Assembly: GCA_965261395.1 (NCBI GenBank)
Contig: OZ253462.1
Coordinates: 1,248,001-1,312,000 of the forward strand
DNA: 64,000 bases
Reading direction: 5' to 3'
Origin: Candidatus Latescibacterota bacterium
Lineage (GTDB): Bacteria; Latescibacterota; UBA2968; UBA8231
Shown here: one piece after another, positions 48,201 to 56,952 of the stretch
Position numbering within the stretch: the first letter of the stretch is position 1
How the letters are laid out: the number at the start of each line of letters is the position of its first letter
The notes under the pieces: generated by a model
Told to the model about the DNA's origin: nothing
What the model saw: only the letters and a program-made list of their open reading frames with translations
The model's database searches: none
Made by a program: the position numbers and the translations under genes

Positions 48201-48315
48201 GCCGATAGCCCGCTCCCTCTTGCGCAATCGCGCCACTGCTTATCACAAGCAATCCTATGGCCCACAAAAAGAAACAGCCGCGACCCAAACGGGAACCCAA
48301 AATCAGACCTCTCAT
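45238..48315 (-). CDS. Secreted protein, tandem paralog of 42062..45130 (copy B2)
   Basis: Near-identical to B1 except in the second discoidin-like domain. Confidence 0.8.
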   Translation of the reverse strand: MRGLILGSRLGRGCFFLWAIGLLVISSGAIAQEGAGYRLSEDRLVVETAAHWRAWTLPTHAVEVEPTGVVVPHRFRSRYNLLNDRATFQRALKDFKRGRTQTAILNLDSTLTLDIRGNVLTQKKSGKNVPVYTYLMRMGISRVGSNGADAAAILDGDPTTYWEPDAAAPLDDWWVEVDLGRVAVVDSVVLHFVEASLGDPFRQFRLLVAPNQKPVMEEVAKVGFELVARTTAPNEDQRLFGFGFAQPRASPEWTGRMVETLRVVVTESKGARGRLVTAAEWEALPAADQGEIVHFIVDEEGFEEPVDRSVYEGLPAARQGRKEYYRRERPRLADIEVWGYGDNISMGMVEGGGNLALTGDGFSPVGAFDGDFSTSFPHVVREKTAIVDRGVLTIDMGATFWLDAVRTSSTLPRTFIDGYKILGSDGTRDTNGQLKWERLTSVARENNRDNLFEHLLEKFVSPQKLRYIEITITNPNAGDLCMWCIGPNVAEYQLFSAGYPSEVVLHSALMALPAGRSLGRIFWEGETPPGTELDLRSRTGSLLRKVVRHFDKSGSEITQKQWNNLMGSFKGPVDTAFVAGSDWSNWSRSYRQPGTRVNAPAQHGLLQLQVALRTQDRFQAASIGAIEIELLNPVVEQMQAELWPIEIAVPGRVDTFEVFAQPFFVEQPFSVRSDGFDEVALALSGAENLTLLELALGENQVFRPQADGSFVDEAGQLLTVLQDRSDSIWVRLPAAVHALGTVDERIYYQVMGEQEQVPIDRQGQVLTAVSYGQLAPEERGDRRYFRRTAEATGKVALTLVNESEFDALAEDEREDRYFRILFDEGGQFAFDAAGDSLDAAAYNGLGSARRGRIVGAGPLLRMRFATPVFVNGATVDLTVRNTAGGSTQDAPWQGVAAGDATAQVASEALSIQVPLNLKPLGVIAAYPNPFTPNGDGVNDQTTIGFSVFRLGTTRQATVNVYRLDGQRVWQHRQVVQSGEVAVVWSGTDQAGQRVPPGIYLGQVDLAVDADDIGPTTRSTLLHVAY

Positions 48316-50600
48316 GGTTTACTCCTCGCGATTTCGTAGTCCGTGTTGCCTTCGGTCAGGCGGATGACGCTATTGGCGGGAATATGCTCCCAACTCTGAC
48401 GGTGCCCGCTGGGCCAGCGGATCTCTAGGCGGTCGACCATTTCTTTGTCGCCTAGTCCTAGATGCAGTGCTGGGGCGTTGCTCGAACCAAAGCCGTAACC
48501 GCTGGACACCTCGGCATGTACCTGATGATCGCCGCTATGTAGGGACACGCGGGCCCCAATACCGTCTCGATTGCTCTCGGTCCCTCTGGTTATCACTGCC
48601 AGGAAGTGGCCGTTTTCACCGTCGTTGCGATACAGACTATTGGGCCATACGTCCCCGTCATAATGGCCCCCCAACCCGGCGTAGAGATCCATATCGCCGT
48701 CGCCGTCGAAATCGGCGAACGTGGCACCGTGCCCCTTGCCCAGATTGCCCACCCCAGCCTCTGCGGTGATATCCGCAAAAGTTCCGTCGCCCCGATTGAG
48801 CAAGAGGGTATTGGGTTCAAGGCGGTACATCTCCGGACCGCCATTGGCTAGATAAATATCGGCGAAACCATCATTGTCGATATCGCTCACGCCGATGCCC
48901 ATCGTACTAAAGGAACGGCCTAGGCCAGCCTCGACCGTCGCATCGGTAAAGGTGCCGTCACCGTTATTGCGGTAGAGGAAGGGCCGATTGAGTTGGTTAT
49001 TCTGTCCCTCGACCATACTGTTGAGCATCCCTTCGAGGCTACTCATCGTCGCGACAAAAAGATCTAGGGCCCCGTCATTATCGTAGTCGAAGAAAAACGC
49101 GACGTACCCCCCTTCGAGGGGAAAAAGCACGTCGGCTTGTGCCGCCCGGTCGGTGAAGGTTCCGTCGCCATCATTGTGGTAGAGCCGATTGGGCTGGCCG
49201 ATATTCACCGCATAGAGATCCGGATAACCATCGCCGTCGTAGTCTCCAAAGGCGCAGCCGATAGTCTTACCCGGATCGGCGACTCCGGCACTTGCAGCCA
49301 CGTCAGCAAAGACACCGTTTTGGCTATTGCGATACAGGTTGTTATTTCCCCCGTCCCCCAAAACCCCGTTGGCCACATAGAGGTCGAGGTAGCCGTCTAG
49401 GTCGTAGTCGCCCCAGGTCGCGGTAAAACTGCAAGCTAAATCGACCATCCCCACCTGCAAGGCGACGTCGACATACTCGCCTTGGTCATTGCGGTAGAGA
49501 GAATTGGCTGCCTTGCCCTCCCAGGCGTCCCGCGTGACGAAAAGATCCGCGTCTCCGTCATTGTCGAAATCGGCACGGGCAGCACCCCACCCCCCTCGCA
49601 CGTCGGCCAACCCCGTCGTCTCTGTCACCGCGTGGAAACGCCCGTCCCCGTCGTTGCGGTAAAGTGCGTGCAAAGTTCGGATCCCTACCGAAAATAGGTC
49701 TGGATCCCCGTCGAGGTCGTAATCGAGCCAAGCGCTGCCCCGGCCTCGGTCGATTTTGTCCACCCCGGCTGAGGGGGCAATATCGGCGAAGCGGACCGAC
49801 GTGGAAGCGGGCACGGATTCGCGGGCCACAAGTCGATAACGGTCCGGCAAACTCGTAGGATAACCCTCCCAATAGACCAGTTTGATCAGCCAGAGTGCCT
49901 TCAGACGTTCCGCGTACTGGTCCAGCGACAGATTCACCGCTCGCTGCAGAAACGGCATAGCCGCTGGCCCATCGCCCTTCCACAAGGCGGCAGTACCTGC
50001 CAACAGAGTAAGCGTATAGCTCTCGGGATACTGCTGTGTTAGTTGCCGGCCCAATTCCAGTGCCTGCTCGAACCGCCCCAATCTCAACTCGGCTTTAAGC
50101 AGCATCAGCGCGGCGCGGCTTTCTTGGGGTACCGCGTGCAAGATTTCCCGGCACAACTTGCGAGTCTGTTCCAGATCCATGGCAAAGTCAGCGCGCAAAC
50201 CTAGCTGTGCCAACAACAGCTTGGCGTCAATGGAGCGAGGATGGCTTTTTAGAACCTCTTCGGCCAGCGTTCGGGCCTCGGCAATTCGTCGCTCCGAACT
50301 CAGCAACCGGGCATGCAGAATCTGGATTTCGGGACGCTCTAAGTCCTCTCCGGCTATTGTTTTTAGCATCTGCATGGTAGCTTCCCTCTGGTCCATCGCC
50401 AAATAGATCTCGCACAACCTCACTTGGGCTACGGTACTGTCGGGTGCTAGGCGCAAACAGCGCTGAAAATGCTCGGCGGCTTCTTTCCACTGCCCGGCCC
50501 GAAAAAATTCCATGCCCTCGCTATAGAGCTTATCCGCCTCTTTGGGGGGACTGCCGCAGCCGACCCCCAACACCGCCCAGAACACGATCCAAGGTATCAC
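48312..50600 (-). CDS. TPR + FG-GAP/VCBS repeat + ASPIC/UnbV protein (CRTAC1-like lipoprotein)
   Basis: Lipobox GVGC, TPRs, repeated DYDxDGxxDLY and LYRNxGDGTF, plus SNRDGIGARV..LHLGLG..IRWPSG. Confidence 0.9.
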   Translation of the reverse strand: MIPWIVFWAVLGVGCGSPPKEADKLYSEGMEFFRAGQWKEAAEHFQRCLRLAPDSTVAQVRLCEIYLAMDQREATMQMLKTIAGEDLERPEIQILHARLLSSERRIAEARTLAEEVLKSHPRSIDAKLLLAQLGLRADFAMDLEQTRKLCREILHAVPQESRAALMLLKAELRLGRFEQALELGRQLTQQYPESYTLTLLAGTAALWKGDGPAAMPFLQRAVNLSLDQYAERLKALWLIKLVYWEGYPTSLPDRYRLVARESVPASTSVRFADIAPSAGVDKIDRGRGSAWLDYDLDGDPDLFSVGIRTLHALYRNDGDGRFHAVTETTGLADVRGGWGAARADFDNDGDADLFVTRDAWEGKAANSLYRNDQGEYVDVALQVGMVDLACSFTATWGDYDLDGYLDLYVANGVLGDGGNNNLYRNSQNGVFADVAASAGVADPGKTIGCAFGDYDGDGYPDLYAVNIGQPNRLYHNDGDGTFTDRAAQADVLFPLEGGYVAFFFDYDNDGALDLFVATMSSLEGMLNSMVEGQNNQLNRPFLYRNNGDGTFTDATVEAGLGRSFSTMGIGVSDIDNDGFADIYLANGGPEMYRLEPNTLLLNRGDGTFADITAEAGVGNLGKGHGATFADFDGDGDMDLYAGLGGHYDGDVWPNSLYRNDGENGHFLAVITRGTESNRDGIGARVSLHSGDHQVHAEVSSGYGFGSSNAPALHLGLGDKEMVDRLEIRWPSGHRQSWEHIPANSVIRLTEGNTDYEIARSKP

Positions 50601-52075
50601 CGGCGCTGCTCCAACTGCGCCAGCATCTCGCGGGCCTTCGCGTGGCTGGGGTTGAGTTTGAGGACGGTCTCGAAGGCGCTCTTGGCTTCCGCGTAGGCAT
50701 CCTCCTTCATCAGGGCGAGCCCCAACGAGTAGCGGGCTCGCAGGAAGGAGGGGTCGATGACGACACTCTGATCGAAACAGGCTCGGGCTTGGCGATACTT
50801 GCCTTGCTTCAGATAGATAGTTCCTAGGTAAAAATAAGCCCCGCTATGGTCTGGCTCGCTATCCAGAACTTGGCGCAGCACGGCGATGGACTCCGGCAGA
50901 TTGCCGAGTACCAGATGAGAACGGCCCAACCCGTAAAGGGCCCGCGCCGAAGTGGGCGCTATACTCAGGGCTTCGACAAAGGTCAGCAGTGCGACTTTGG
51001 GGTCATCAGCCATCAGCAACGCCTCGCCTAGCATACAGTGTATATCCGGGTCCCCGGCGTCGAGACGCAAGGCTTGCTGCAACCTCGGAATGGCTTTTTC
51101 CGGCATTTTCTGCCGCATGAGGGTTTGCCCCATTCTTAGGTAGGCGTCGAGCAAGCTCGTATCGGCTGCGACCGCCTGCGTCCAGGAGGTTATGGCTTGC
51201 TCCCACTCACCCCGCTTGGCAAAAATTGCCCCTTGGTCGAAGTGCTTCTGCGCCGTGCTCAAACGGCGAAACGCCGCCAACTCGACTTCGGCTTCCCGCC
51301 GCCGGTCCGTCTGCTGGTAGGCCTGTCCTAGGAGATAGCGGGCGCTGGCGGCTCTCGGGTCTAGGTCAATTGCTCGCCGGAGTATATCGGCGGCATCTTG
51401 GTGGCGATCTAGCTGGCTGTAGAGGCGGCCTAGGTCCAGATGGGCCGCTAGGTGGCCGGGATCCAACTCCAGTACGCGCCGGTATCCCTCTTCCGCCTCG
51501 ATCAGGCGGTTGCTGCGCGCCAGCATGTCGCTAAGATAGTAATAAGCTTTCACATGAGTGGAATCCAGGCGGATAACCTCCTCGAACGCCGCTAAGGCAC
51601 CAGTGAAATCGGCACTGGCCCTAAGGGCTTCTCCCGTGAAGTAATGGCACTCGGGGCGCTCGGGTGCAAGCTCGGCGGCTTGGGCAAAAAAGTCTGCCGC
51701 TTCTCTATCGCGGCGCTGGGCCCGCAACGAGCCCCCCAGGGCTAAATAGAGCTCCGCAGTCGGCGGTCCCAGCTCGAGGGCGCGTTCAAAAGCCGCTACC
51801 GCTTCGGCGTGCCGTCCCAGCCGCTCGTAGGCCAAACCCATATTGAAGTGGGGCTCGACCATGGCGGGGATTTTCTCCACCGCCTCCTTGAGCGCGGCCA
51901 GCGCGCGCTGAGGTCTTCCCTGTTGCAGAAAGAGCACTCCTCGGCCGGTCAGCAGCAGACCTTGCCGCCGGAGTTTTTCCGCCGCTACATCCGAGTTAGC
52001 TGCCGGTTCGTGCTGGCTGCACCCTGTAATCAGCAGCATCGCAATGAACGTGGCTTTTTCCACAAGAGAGGGCAT
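50597..52075 (-). CDS. TPR-repeat lipoprotein
   Basis: Lipobox ITGC and a continuous array of 34-aa TPRs. Confidence 0.88.
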   Translation of the reverse strand: MPSLVEKATFIAMLLITGCSQHEPAANSDVAAEKLRRQGLLLTGRGVLFLQQGRPQRALAALKEAVEKIPAMVEPHFNMGLAYERLGRHAEAVAAFERALELGPPTAELYLALGGSLRAQRRDREAADFFAQAAELAPERPECHYFTGEALRASADFTGALAAFEEVIRLDSTHVKAYYYLSDMLARSNRLIEAEEGYRRVLELDPGHLAAHLDLGRLYSQLDRHQDAADILRRAIDLDPRAASARYLLGQAYQQTDRRREAEVELAAFRRLSTAQKHFDQGAIFAKRGEWEQAITSWTQAVAADTSLLDAYLRMGQTLMRQKMPEKAIPRLQQALRLDAGDPDIHCMLGEALLMADDPKVALLTFVEALSIAPTSARALYGLGRSHLVLGNLPESIAVLRQVLDSEPDHSGAYFYLGTIYLKQGKYRQARACFDQSVVIDPSFLRARYSLGLALMKEDAYAEAKSAFETVLKLNPSHAKAREMLAQLEQRR

Positions 52076-52081
52076 CAGCGC

Positions 52082-53731
52082 TCAATTTTCCACCAATTCG
52101 TCTGGTAGGGCCTGTTGCAACTGCGACTCATCGATTGTTATTTGCGACGCGTATTTGGATCTCAGCTCTTTAACTAGGGACTCCAATCCCCGATTTTCCC
52201 ACTGTCTGCGCACCAGCGCTCGGGCCCTGCGGCTCGAACTGGCGAACGGTTCGAGCTTACTTTCTGCGCGGCGCAGGACGCGGAACAGGGAAAAACCGTC
52301 GTTGACCTCCACCGGGCCGATCAGTCCTCCCGGTTCAGCGGCCATGATGGCTGGCACCAACTTGGGATAGAGCACCTTTTCGCGCGGATGAAAGTGAAAC
52401 TGGGCCGCGTTCTTGACAGCGCTTTTGCGCTGGCTATGTTCGGCCAACTCGCCGAAGGTGGTCCCGGCCTCCAGTTCCAATTTCACCTGCCGAGCTTCAA
52501 CCTCCGTAGAGAGCAGCAACTCTTCGACCCACGCCGCCGCTTCGTGGTGGAAAAGCTCCGGACGGTTGTCATAAAACTGGCGCGCCTCTTCCTCTGAGAC
52601 GTCAATCTGCTGGGTTATAGCGACCTTTTTCAAGGTCTCCAGCAACGCGTCCTCCAGCCGCTCTTGCTCCAACTGGCGAATTTCCGGTTCGTCGTAGATC
52701 CCAGCTCGCTTGGCCGCTTCCGCCAGCAGGAAGGGACGCAGAATTGTCTTCCTCAGTCCGACGAGAGGGCCGGAGCTATCGGCTAGGACCCGGTAGAGGA
52801 GCATTCGCTGGGAACCCCGCAGCACTTCGCGTAGCGAGATTTCGCCCTTGTCGTAGTGGTATAATCCGCTCGGGTCCGTAGCCAAACGGTCCAGAGCTTT
52901 CGTGCGAAAAGCCTCTACCAGTTTGTTCAGTACCTCCGCGTCCAAGCGCAGTTGGAAAGCCCTCTCCAACTCCTCGAGGTGCTCATCCTCGGCCTGCATT
53001 TCCCGCTCCCTAATCAGGCGCGAGCGAATGAAATCGCCGAATTTGCCAAAATCTCCCGGTCGTTCCTCGGTAAAGCGGACCACGTGCCAGCGGCCGGCTG
53101 CATTAAGGGGTTCGGACACCGCGCCCAGAGGCAGTGTACGGAAAACGTCGAGCGGCACATTGAGTCGCAGGGCCATGTTTGGATCGATAAAGCCCAACTC
53201 ACCACCCTGCTCGGCCGAGCGCTTGTCCAGCGACCGGGTCCGGGCCACTTCTTCAAAGGGTTCCCCGCGCCGCAACTTTTCTGCAACATCGAGAATATCC
53301 TCACGGCTGTCTACCAGAATGGCGTAGAGCTTGCGCTCCACATCGTAGCCTTCCGCGTCGAAGCGATGGCGCACTTCTTCTTCCGTCACTGAAATTTTGG
53401 CATCGATTTCCCGATGCCGATAGAGATTTCGCGCCCGGGCGTCGATGGCGCTTCGGACCGCCGTGCGCACGGCCTCGGTGGTATCCAAGCCACGCGCCCG
53501 GGCTTCCATGAGCAATAGTCGGCCATCCACCAGATCCTGCAAGTAGCGTCTGCGGGCGTCGTCGCCTCGCTCTTCTATGCGCAATCCCTCGGGCAGGTCG
53601 GCGACAAAGGCGCGCAGGGAAGTGGCGGAGATCGAATGCGGGCCCACTTGGGCAACGGCGGGATCTGGTGCTTGGTCGCATCCCGTTGTCACGCCAATAG
53701 CACTTATATACACAACCCACCAAAATTTCAT
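52082..53731 (-). CDS. PpiC/parvulin-type peptidyl-prolyl isomerase (SurA/PrsA-like, two rotamase domains)
   Basis: GEPFEEVARTRS.D..SA.QGGELG..VSEP..WHVV and a second GTTFGELA..GPVE..GFSLF. Start placed at MKFWW, downstream of the terminator. Confidence 0.8.
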   Translation of the reverse strand: MKFWWVVYISAIGVTTGCDQAPDPAVAQVGPHSISATSLRAFVADLPEGLRIEERGDDARRRYLQDLVDGRLLLMEARARGLDTTEAVRTAVRSAIDARARNLYRHREIDAKISVTEEEVRHRFDAEGYDVERKLYAILVDSREDILDVAEKLRRGEPFEEVARTRSLDKRSAEQGGELGFIDPNMALRLNVPLDVFRTLPLGAVSEPLNAAGRWHVVRFTEERPGDFGKFGDFIRSRLIREREMQAEDEHLEELERAFQLRLDAEVLNKLVEAFRTKALDRLATDPSGLYHYDKGEISLREVLRGSQRMLLYRVLADSSGPLVGLRKTILRPFLLAEAAKRAGIYDEPEIRQLEQERLEDALLETLKKVAITQQIDVSEEEARQFYDNRPELFHHEAAAWVEELLLSTEVEARQVKLELEAGTTFGELAEHSQRKSAVKNAAQFHFHPREKVLYPKLVPAIMAAEPGGLIGPVEVNDGFSLFRVLRRAESKLEPFASSSRRARALVRRQWENRGLESLVKELRSKYASQITIDESQLQQALPDELVEN

Positions 53732-53810
53732 TAACAAGACCCTCTTCACAGACGAGAAATAGAATCGGGCAAGGACGGGCACTGCACGAGTCGCGGCCTC
53801 GGGACAATAG

Positions 53811-53857
53811 AAAGCCCCTGTCTCGTTCCAGCGTGGGCTGTCAAACGAAACAGGGGC
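53811..53857 (-). terminator. Probable intrinsic terminator after 53895..54812
   Basis: On the minus strand, GCCCCTGTTTCGTT / AACGAGACAGGGGC (one G-U pair) followed by TTTCTATT. Confidence 0.6.
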
Positions 53858-53894
53858 GAAACTACTGCTGGGAACGATCGGTCTCCAGATTCGC

Positions 53895-54812
53895 TTATTT
53901 ACCCAACCCGGCTTTGAGCCGTCCCCAACTGACTTCCTCAACCGCCGTCGAGGCATCGCCGATGGCCTCGATGAGCAGCGGGTCCAGTTCTGCCATAGCC
54001 AGATCCGTGCTCGACTTGCAGCAAGGAGCGTCGGTGCTCAAGCCCCAGAAGCTCTGGTAGTTATCCTCGCCACCCGGCTCGTCGATATCGCCGACGTTGG
54101 GGGTGAAGTGGATAATAGTCCCCTCTTCGAGGTCTAGGAATTCCGAACCTTCGAGGGAGGAGGCTTCGTCCCTCGAGAGCGACAGCACTGGGATAATGGC
54201 CATCTCGTAATAATAGGTGCTCTCACCGAACATCTCGCCGTCGAAGCTCCAGCCGAAGTTGATGTAATCGGTGCCATCTTGGAACCAGGTGTAGTTGCCG
54301 ATGGGTTCGAGGTATTGGTACTGACCCTCGATCGGGGGCACCGTCCACTTGTAGCTAATATTGACGCCGGGCTGGTCTGCTATTCGCTGCTCTTCGACGC
54401 CGACATGCGAAGCGTTGACCTCGATTTCCAGCGCGTCGTCGTCCCAGAACCGCGCCACGTCCTCGCGGTCGACATTGTGGATATTGTCGAAAACCTCGCT
54501 CATGAAATAGAGCTTGTTCTGGCTCTCGTTCCAGCCGACTACGTGGTGCATATTCAGGTCACTCGGATCCTGCGAACCGCGCGCCGCAGTCAGAATGCTG
54601 GGATCGGGAGCCACCAAGCGATCGTTGCGAATGCGATAGGGGGTTTCCGGCACTACGTCCCATTCCGATATATCGCCATCGATTTGGGGAATGTAGTTGT
54701 CCGGGAACTGAACGGCGAAGAAGATTTCGCCTTCAGGAGTATGGGCACTGGCGGTTGTAGCTATACCCAAGGCAAATACGCAAACTAGACCTACAATTGC
54801 TTTCTTGCTCAT
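53895..54812 (-). CDS. Secreted CBM9/DOMON-like protein with C-terminal TAVE..SWG.LK motif
   Basis: Signal peptide, P.IDGD.SEW, VGWN....LY....V.D and D..EI.V, ending STAVEEVSWGRLKAGLGK. Strong RBS GAGGAGGT. Confidence 0.7.
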   Translation of the reverse strand: MSKKAIVGLVCVFALGIATTASAHTPEGEIFFAVQFPDNYIPQIDGDISEWDVVPETPYRIRNDRLVAPDPSILTAARGSQDPSDLNMHHVVGWNESQNKLYFMSEVFDNIHNVDREDVARFWDDDALEIEVNASHVGVEEQRIADQPGVNISYKWTVPPIEGQYQYLEPIGNYTWFQDGTDYINFGWSFDGEMFGESTYYYEMAIIPVLSLSRDEASSLEGSEFLDLEEGTIIHFTPNVGDIDEPGGEDNYQSFWGLSTDAPCCKSSTDLAMAELDPLLIEAIGDASTAVEEVSWGRLKAGLGK

Positions 54813-54941
54813 TTTTACCTCCTCAAAGGACCGTGGAAGATAACAGAGAAATATTCCAAACGCGAAGTTCGATCATCACCTCCTTGAGCTAAAAAGCACT
54901 ACTACATTACGTATCGCGTATTTTCTGAAAATATAGGCCTC

Positions 54942-54970
54942 ATTGTACGCAGGCGATAGCAAATTGTCAA
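54942..54970 (-). promoter_or_regulatory. Near-consensus sigma70 promoter
   Basis: Minus strand TTGACA (54970-54965), 17-nt spacer, TACAAT (54947-54942). Confidence 0.8.
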
Positions 54971-55258
54971 ATTTTATCTTTTCTCTTTACTCCGCGATCT
55001 CCGACAGCGTATTTAGTCGAGCTGCGGGTTGATTGCGGCGGCGGCCTGACCGAGTGTTTCCCTAGGGACCAGCAGCGGCTGCACTGTTCATACTCTACCC
55101 GTCTCCGCCCTCGTTCCATCTCCCGTGCGGACGATTGGATATTCGCCGATCAATCCGTATCTTTTCGCCATCTCGCTGTCGGCCTTTTAATAGCATCTCA
55201 AAAATATATCAAAAAATGGGGCCGTCGTCAGCAGTACGCTCCCGTACGGGAACGCCCT

Positions 55259-56794
55259 ATGAGTTCACTCTTCGCCACTAACTTCACCGCTCTCGATTGG
55301 CTTATCGTCGCCGCCTATTTGAGCCTGACGGTACTCATCGGCATCGCGGCCAATCGATTCATACACAGCGTCAGCAACTACATGGTTGGGGGCCGTTCGG
55401 TCGGCGCGGCGCTGAATTCCGCTACCTATATGGGCACCCTCACGGCACTGTCGGTCGTCATGTACTCCGGGCTCGACGGGTTTACGCGCGGCTTTTCCTA
55501 CATGATGGTGCCGCTGATCGCTATGCTCGGCGTCCTCGTCTGCGGCTCGACCGGCTTCGTGGTAAAGCACCTGCGCCAGCTCGACCTGACGACGATCCCC
55601 GAGTATTTTGAGGTGCGCTACAACCGTCGGGTGCGGATTACAGCCGGCATCATCTGCGTCGCCGCTGGTATCATCAACATGGGCCTCTTCCCCAAGGTCG
55701 GGGCCATCTTCATTACCTACACCACCGGGTTGGCCGCTTCCAGCGACGACCCGGAAACCCTAGTCAATATCATTACCTCCGCCTTGATCGTGCTGGTGCT
55801 GTTCTACACCATACTCGGGGGCATGGTCTCGGTGATCCTGACCGACTTCATGCAGTACATAGTCATCTCAATCGGCATCCTCATCGGACTCTACTTCTGC
55901 TTTTCGCTCCCCGGCATGAGCTGGGACAGCATGGTCCAGCTACAGGCCGAAGCAAGGGGCGTGGCTGCCTTCAACCCCTTCCACGAGGATTCCTACGGCT
56001 GGACCTATATGATCTGGCAGGTCCTCCTGATCACCACCGCCGTCATCGCTTGGGCACCCGAGGCTGGTCGGATGTTGACCGCCGAAGACCCCAAAGCGAC
56101 CATGCGCACCTTTCTTTTAGGCAGCCCGGCTTGGATCGTCGGCTGGGCCATCCCCGCCCTCTGGGGCATAGCCGCCTTCACTGCCTTTGCCGCCGACGCG
56201 CAACTCTCGGCTTACTTCATGCCCCAAGGGCCGGCCGGCCAAAGCGAAAACGCGATCAACGCCCTACCCCTCTTCCTAGGCAAAATCATTCCCACCGGCC
56301 TACTTGGGTTTTTCACCGCGGGCATGTTGGCGGCCTTCATGTCGACCCACGACAGCTATTTTCTCTGTTGGGCCTCGGTCATCGTCCGCGACATCGTCAA
56401 TCCGCTGCGCCAGTCCCCCCTCGACGACCGGGCCCAAATCCGCGTCACCCGTATCATCATCCTAGTCATCGGTGCGTTCCTCCTAGCTTGGGGCGTATGG
56501 TACGATTTGCCCGACAGCGTCTGGACCTATATGGCGATCACCGGCAATATCTTTCTCAGCGGCGCGGGTGTCATTATCATTGGCGGCATCTACTGGCCGA
56601 AGGCTTCGAGTACCGGTGCTCTGATCGCGATGCTCGTGGGATTGAGTTCCATCGCAGGCCTTTTCCCCGGGCCCATCCAAGAGGTCGCGCCCTGGGCCAC
56701 CGCAGGCGTCTTGGGCGCTAGCAGCTACGTCCTCTGCGCCGTGACCTTCGTCATTTTTTCCCTACTCTACCCCGACCCGCCGGAGACCGTCTGA
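55259..56794 (+). CDS. Sodium:solute symporter family protein
   Basis: LDW.I..AY, YMVGGRS, TIPEYFE.RY, YT.LGGM.SV..TD..Q and GMLAAFMST.DS. Confidence 0.92.
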   Translation: MSSLFATNFTALDWLIVAAYLSLTVLIGIAANRFIHSVSNYMVGGRSVGAALNSATYMGTLTALSVVMYSGLDGFTRGFSYMMVPLIAMLGVLVCGSTGFVVKHLRQLDLTTIPEYFEVRYNRRVRITAGIICVAAGIINMGLFPKVGAIFITYTTGLAASSDDPETLVNIITSALIVLVLFYTILGGMVSVILTDFMQYIVISIGILIGLYFCFSLPGMSWDSMVQLQAEARGVAAFNPFHEDSYGWTYMIWQVLLITTAVIAWAPEAGRMLTAEDPKATMRTFLLGSPAWIVGWAIPALWGIAAFTAFAADAQLSAYFMPQGPAGQSENAINALPLFLGKIIPTGLLGFFTAGMLAAFMSTHDSYFLCWASVIVRDIVNPLRQSPLDDRAQIRVTRIIILVIGAFLLAWGVWYDLPDSVWTYMAITGNIFLSGAGVIIIGGIYWPKASSTGALIAMLVGLSSIAGLFPGPIQEVAPWATAGVLGASSYVLCAVTFVIFSLLYPDPPETV

Positions 56795-56952
56795 TGGAAG
56801 CGTGGATCGCGTTCTGGAAATTTGTACTCGGCGGTGGCGTGGCCGTCTACTACCTGATGGCTTTGTTCCTCGTGCCGTTGGCCTTCCGCGACGTGCTCGC
56901 CCTGATCCGCAAACTCGGCCGCGGAAGCGACCGCGCCGCCGATGAGGATTAA
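56794..56952 (+). CDS. Small single-TM protein, probable SSS partner subunit (52 aa)
   Basis: Manual translation MEAWIAFWKFVLGGGVAVYYLMALFLVPLAFRDVLALIRKLGRGSDRAADED, with a TGATG overlap with the symporter stop. Confidence 0.7.
   Translation: MEAWIAFWKFVLGGGVAVYYLMALFLVPLAFRDVLALIRKLGRGSDRAADED

Noticed and set aside
30390-48315. Diversity-generating retroelement as the source of paralog variation
   Set aside because: No reverse transcriptase in the window. Differences include indels and all base types rather than adenine-specific changes, and both copies are full genes.
53732-53956. N-terminal extension of the PpiC ORF
   Set aside because: It spans a terminator and the end of the upstream gene, and the signal peptide/lipobox starts at 53731.
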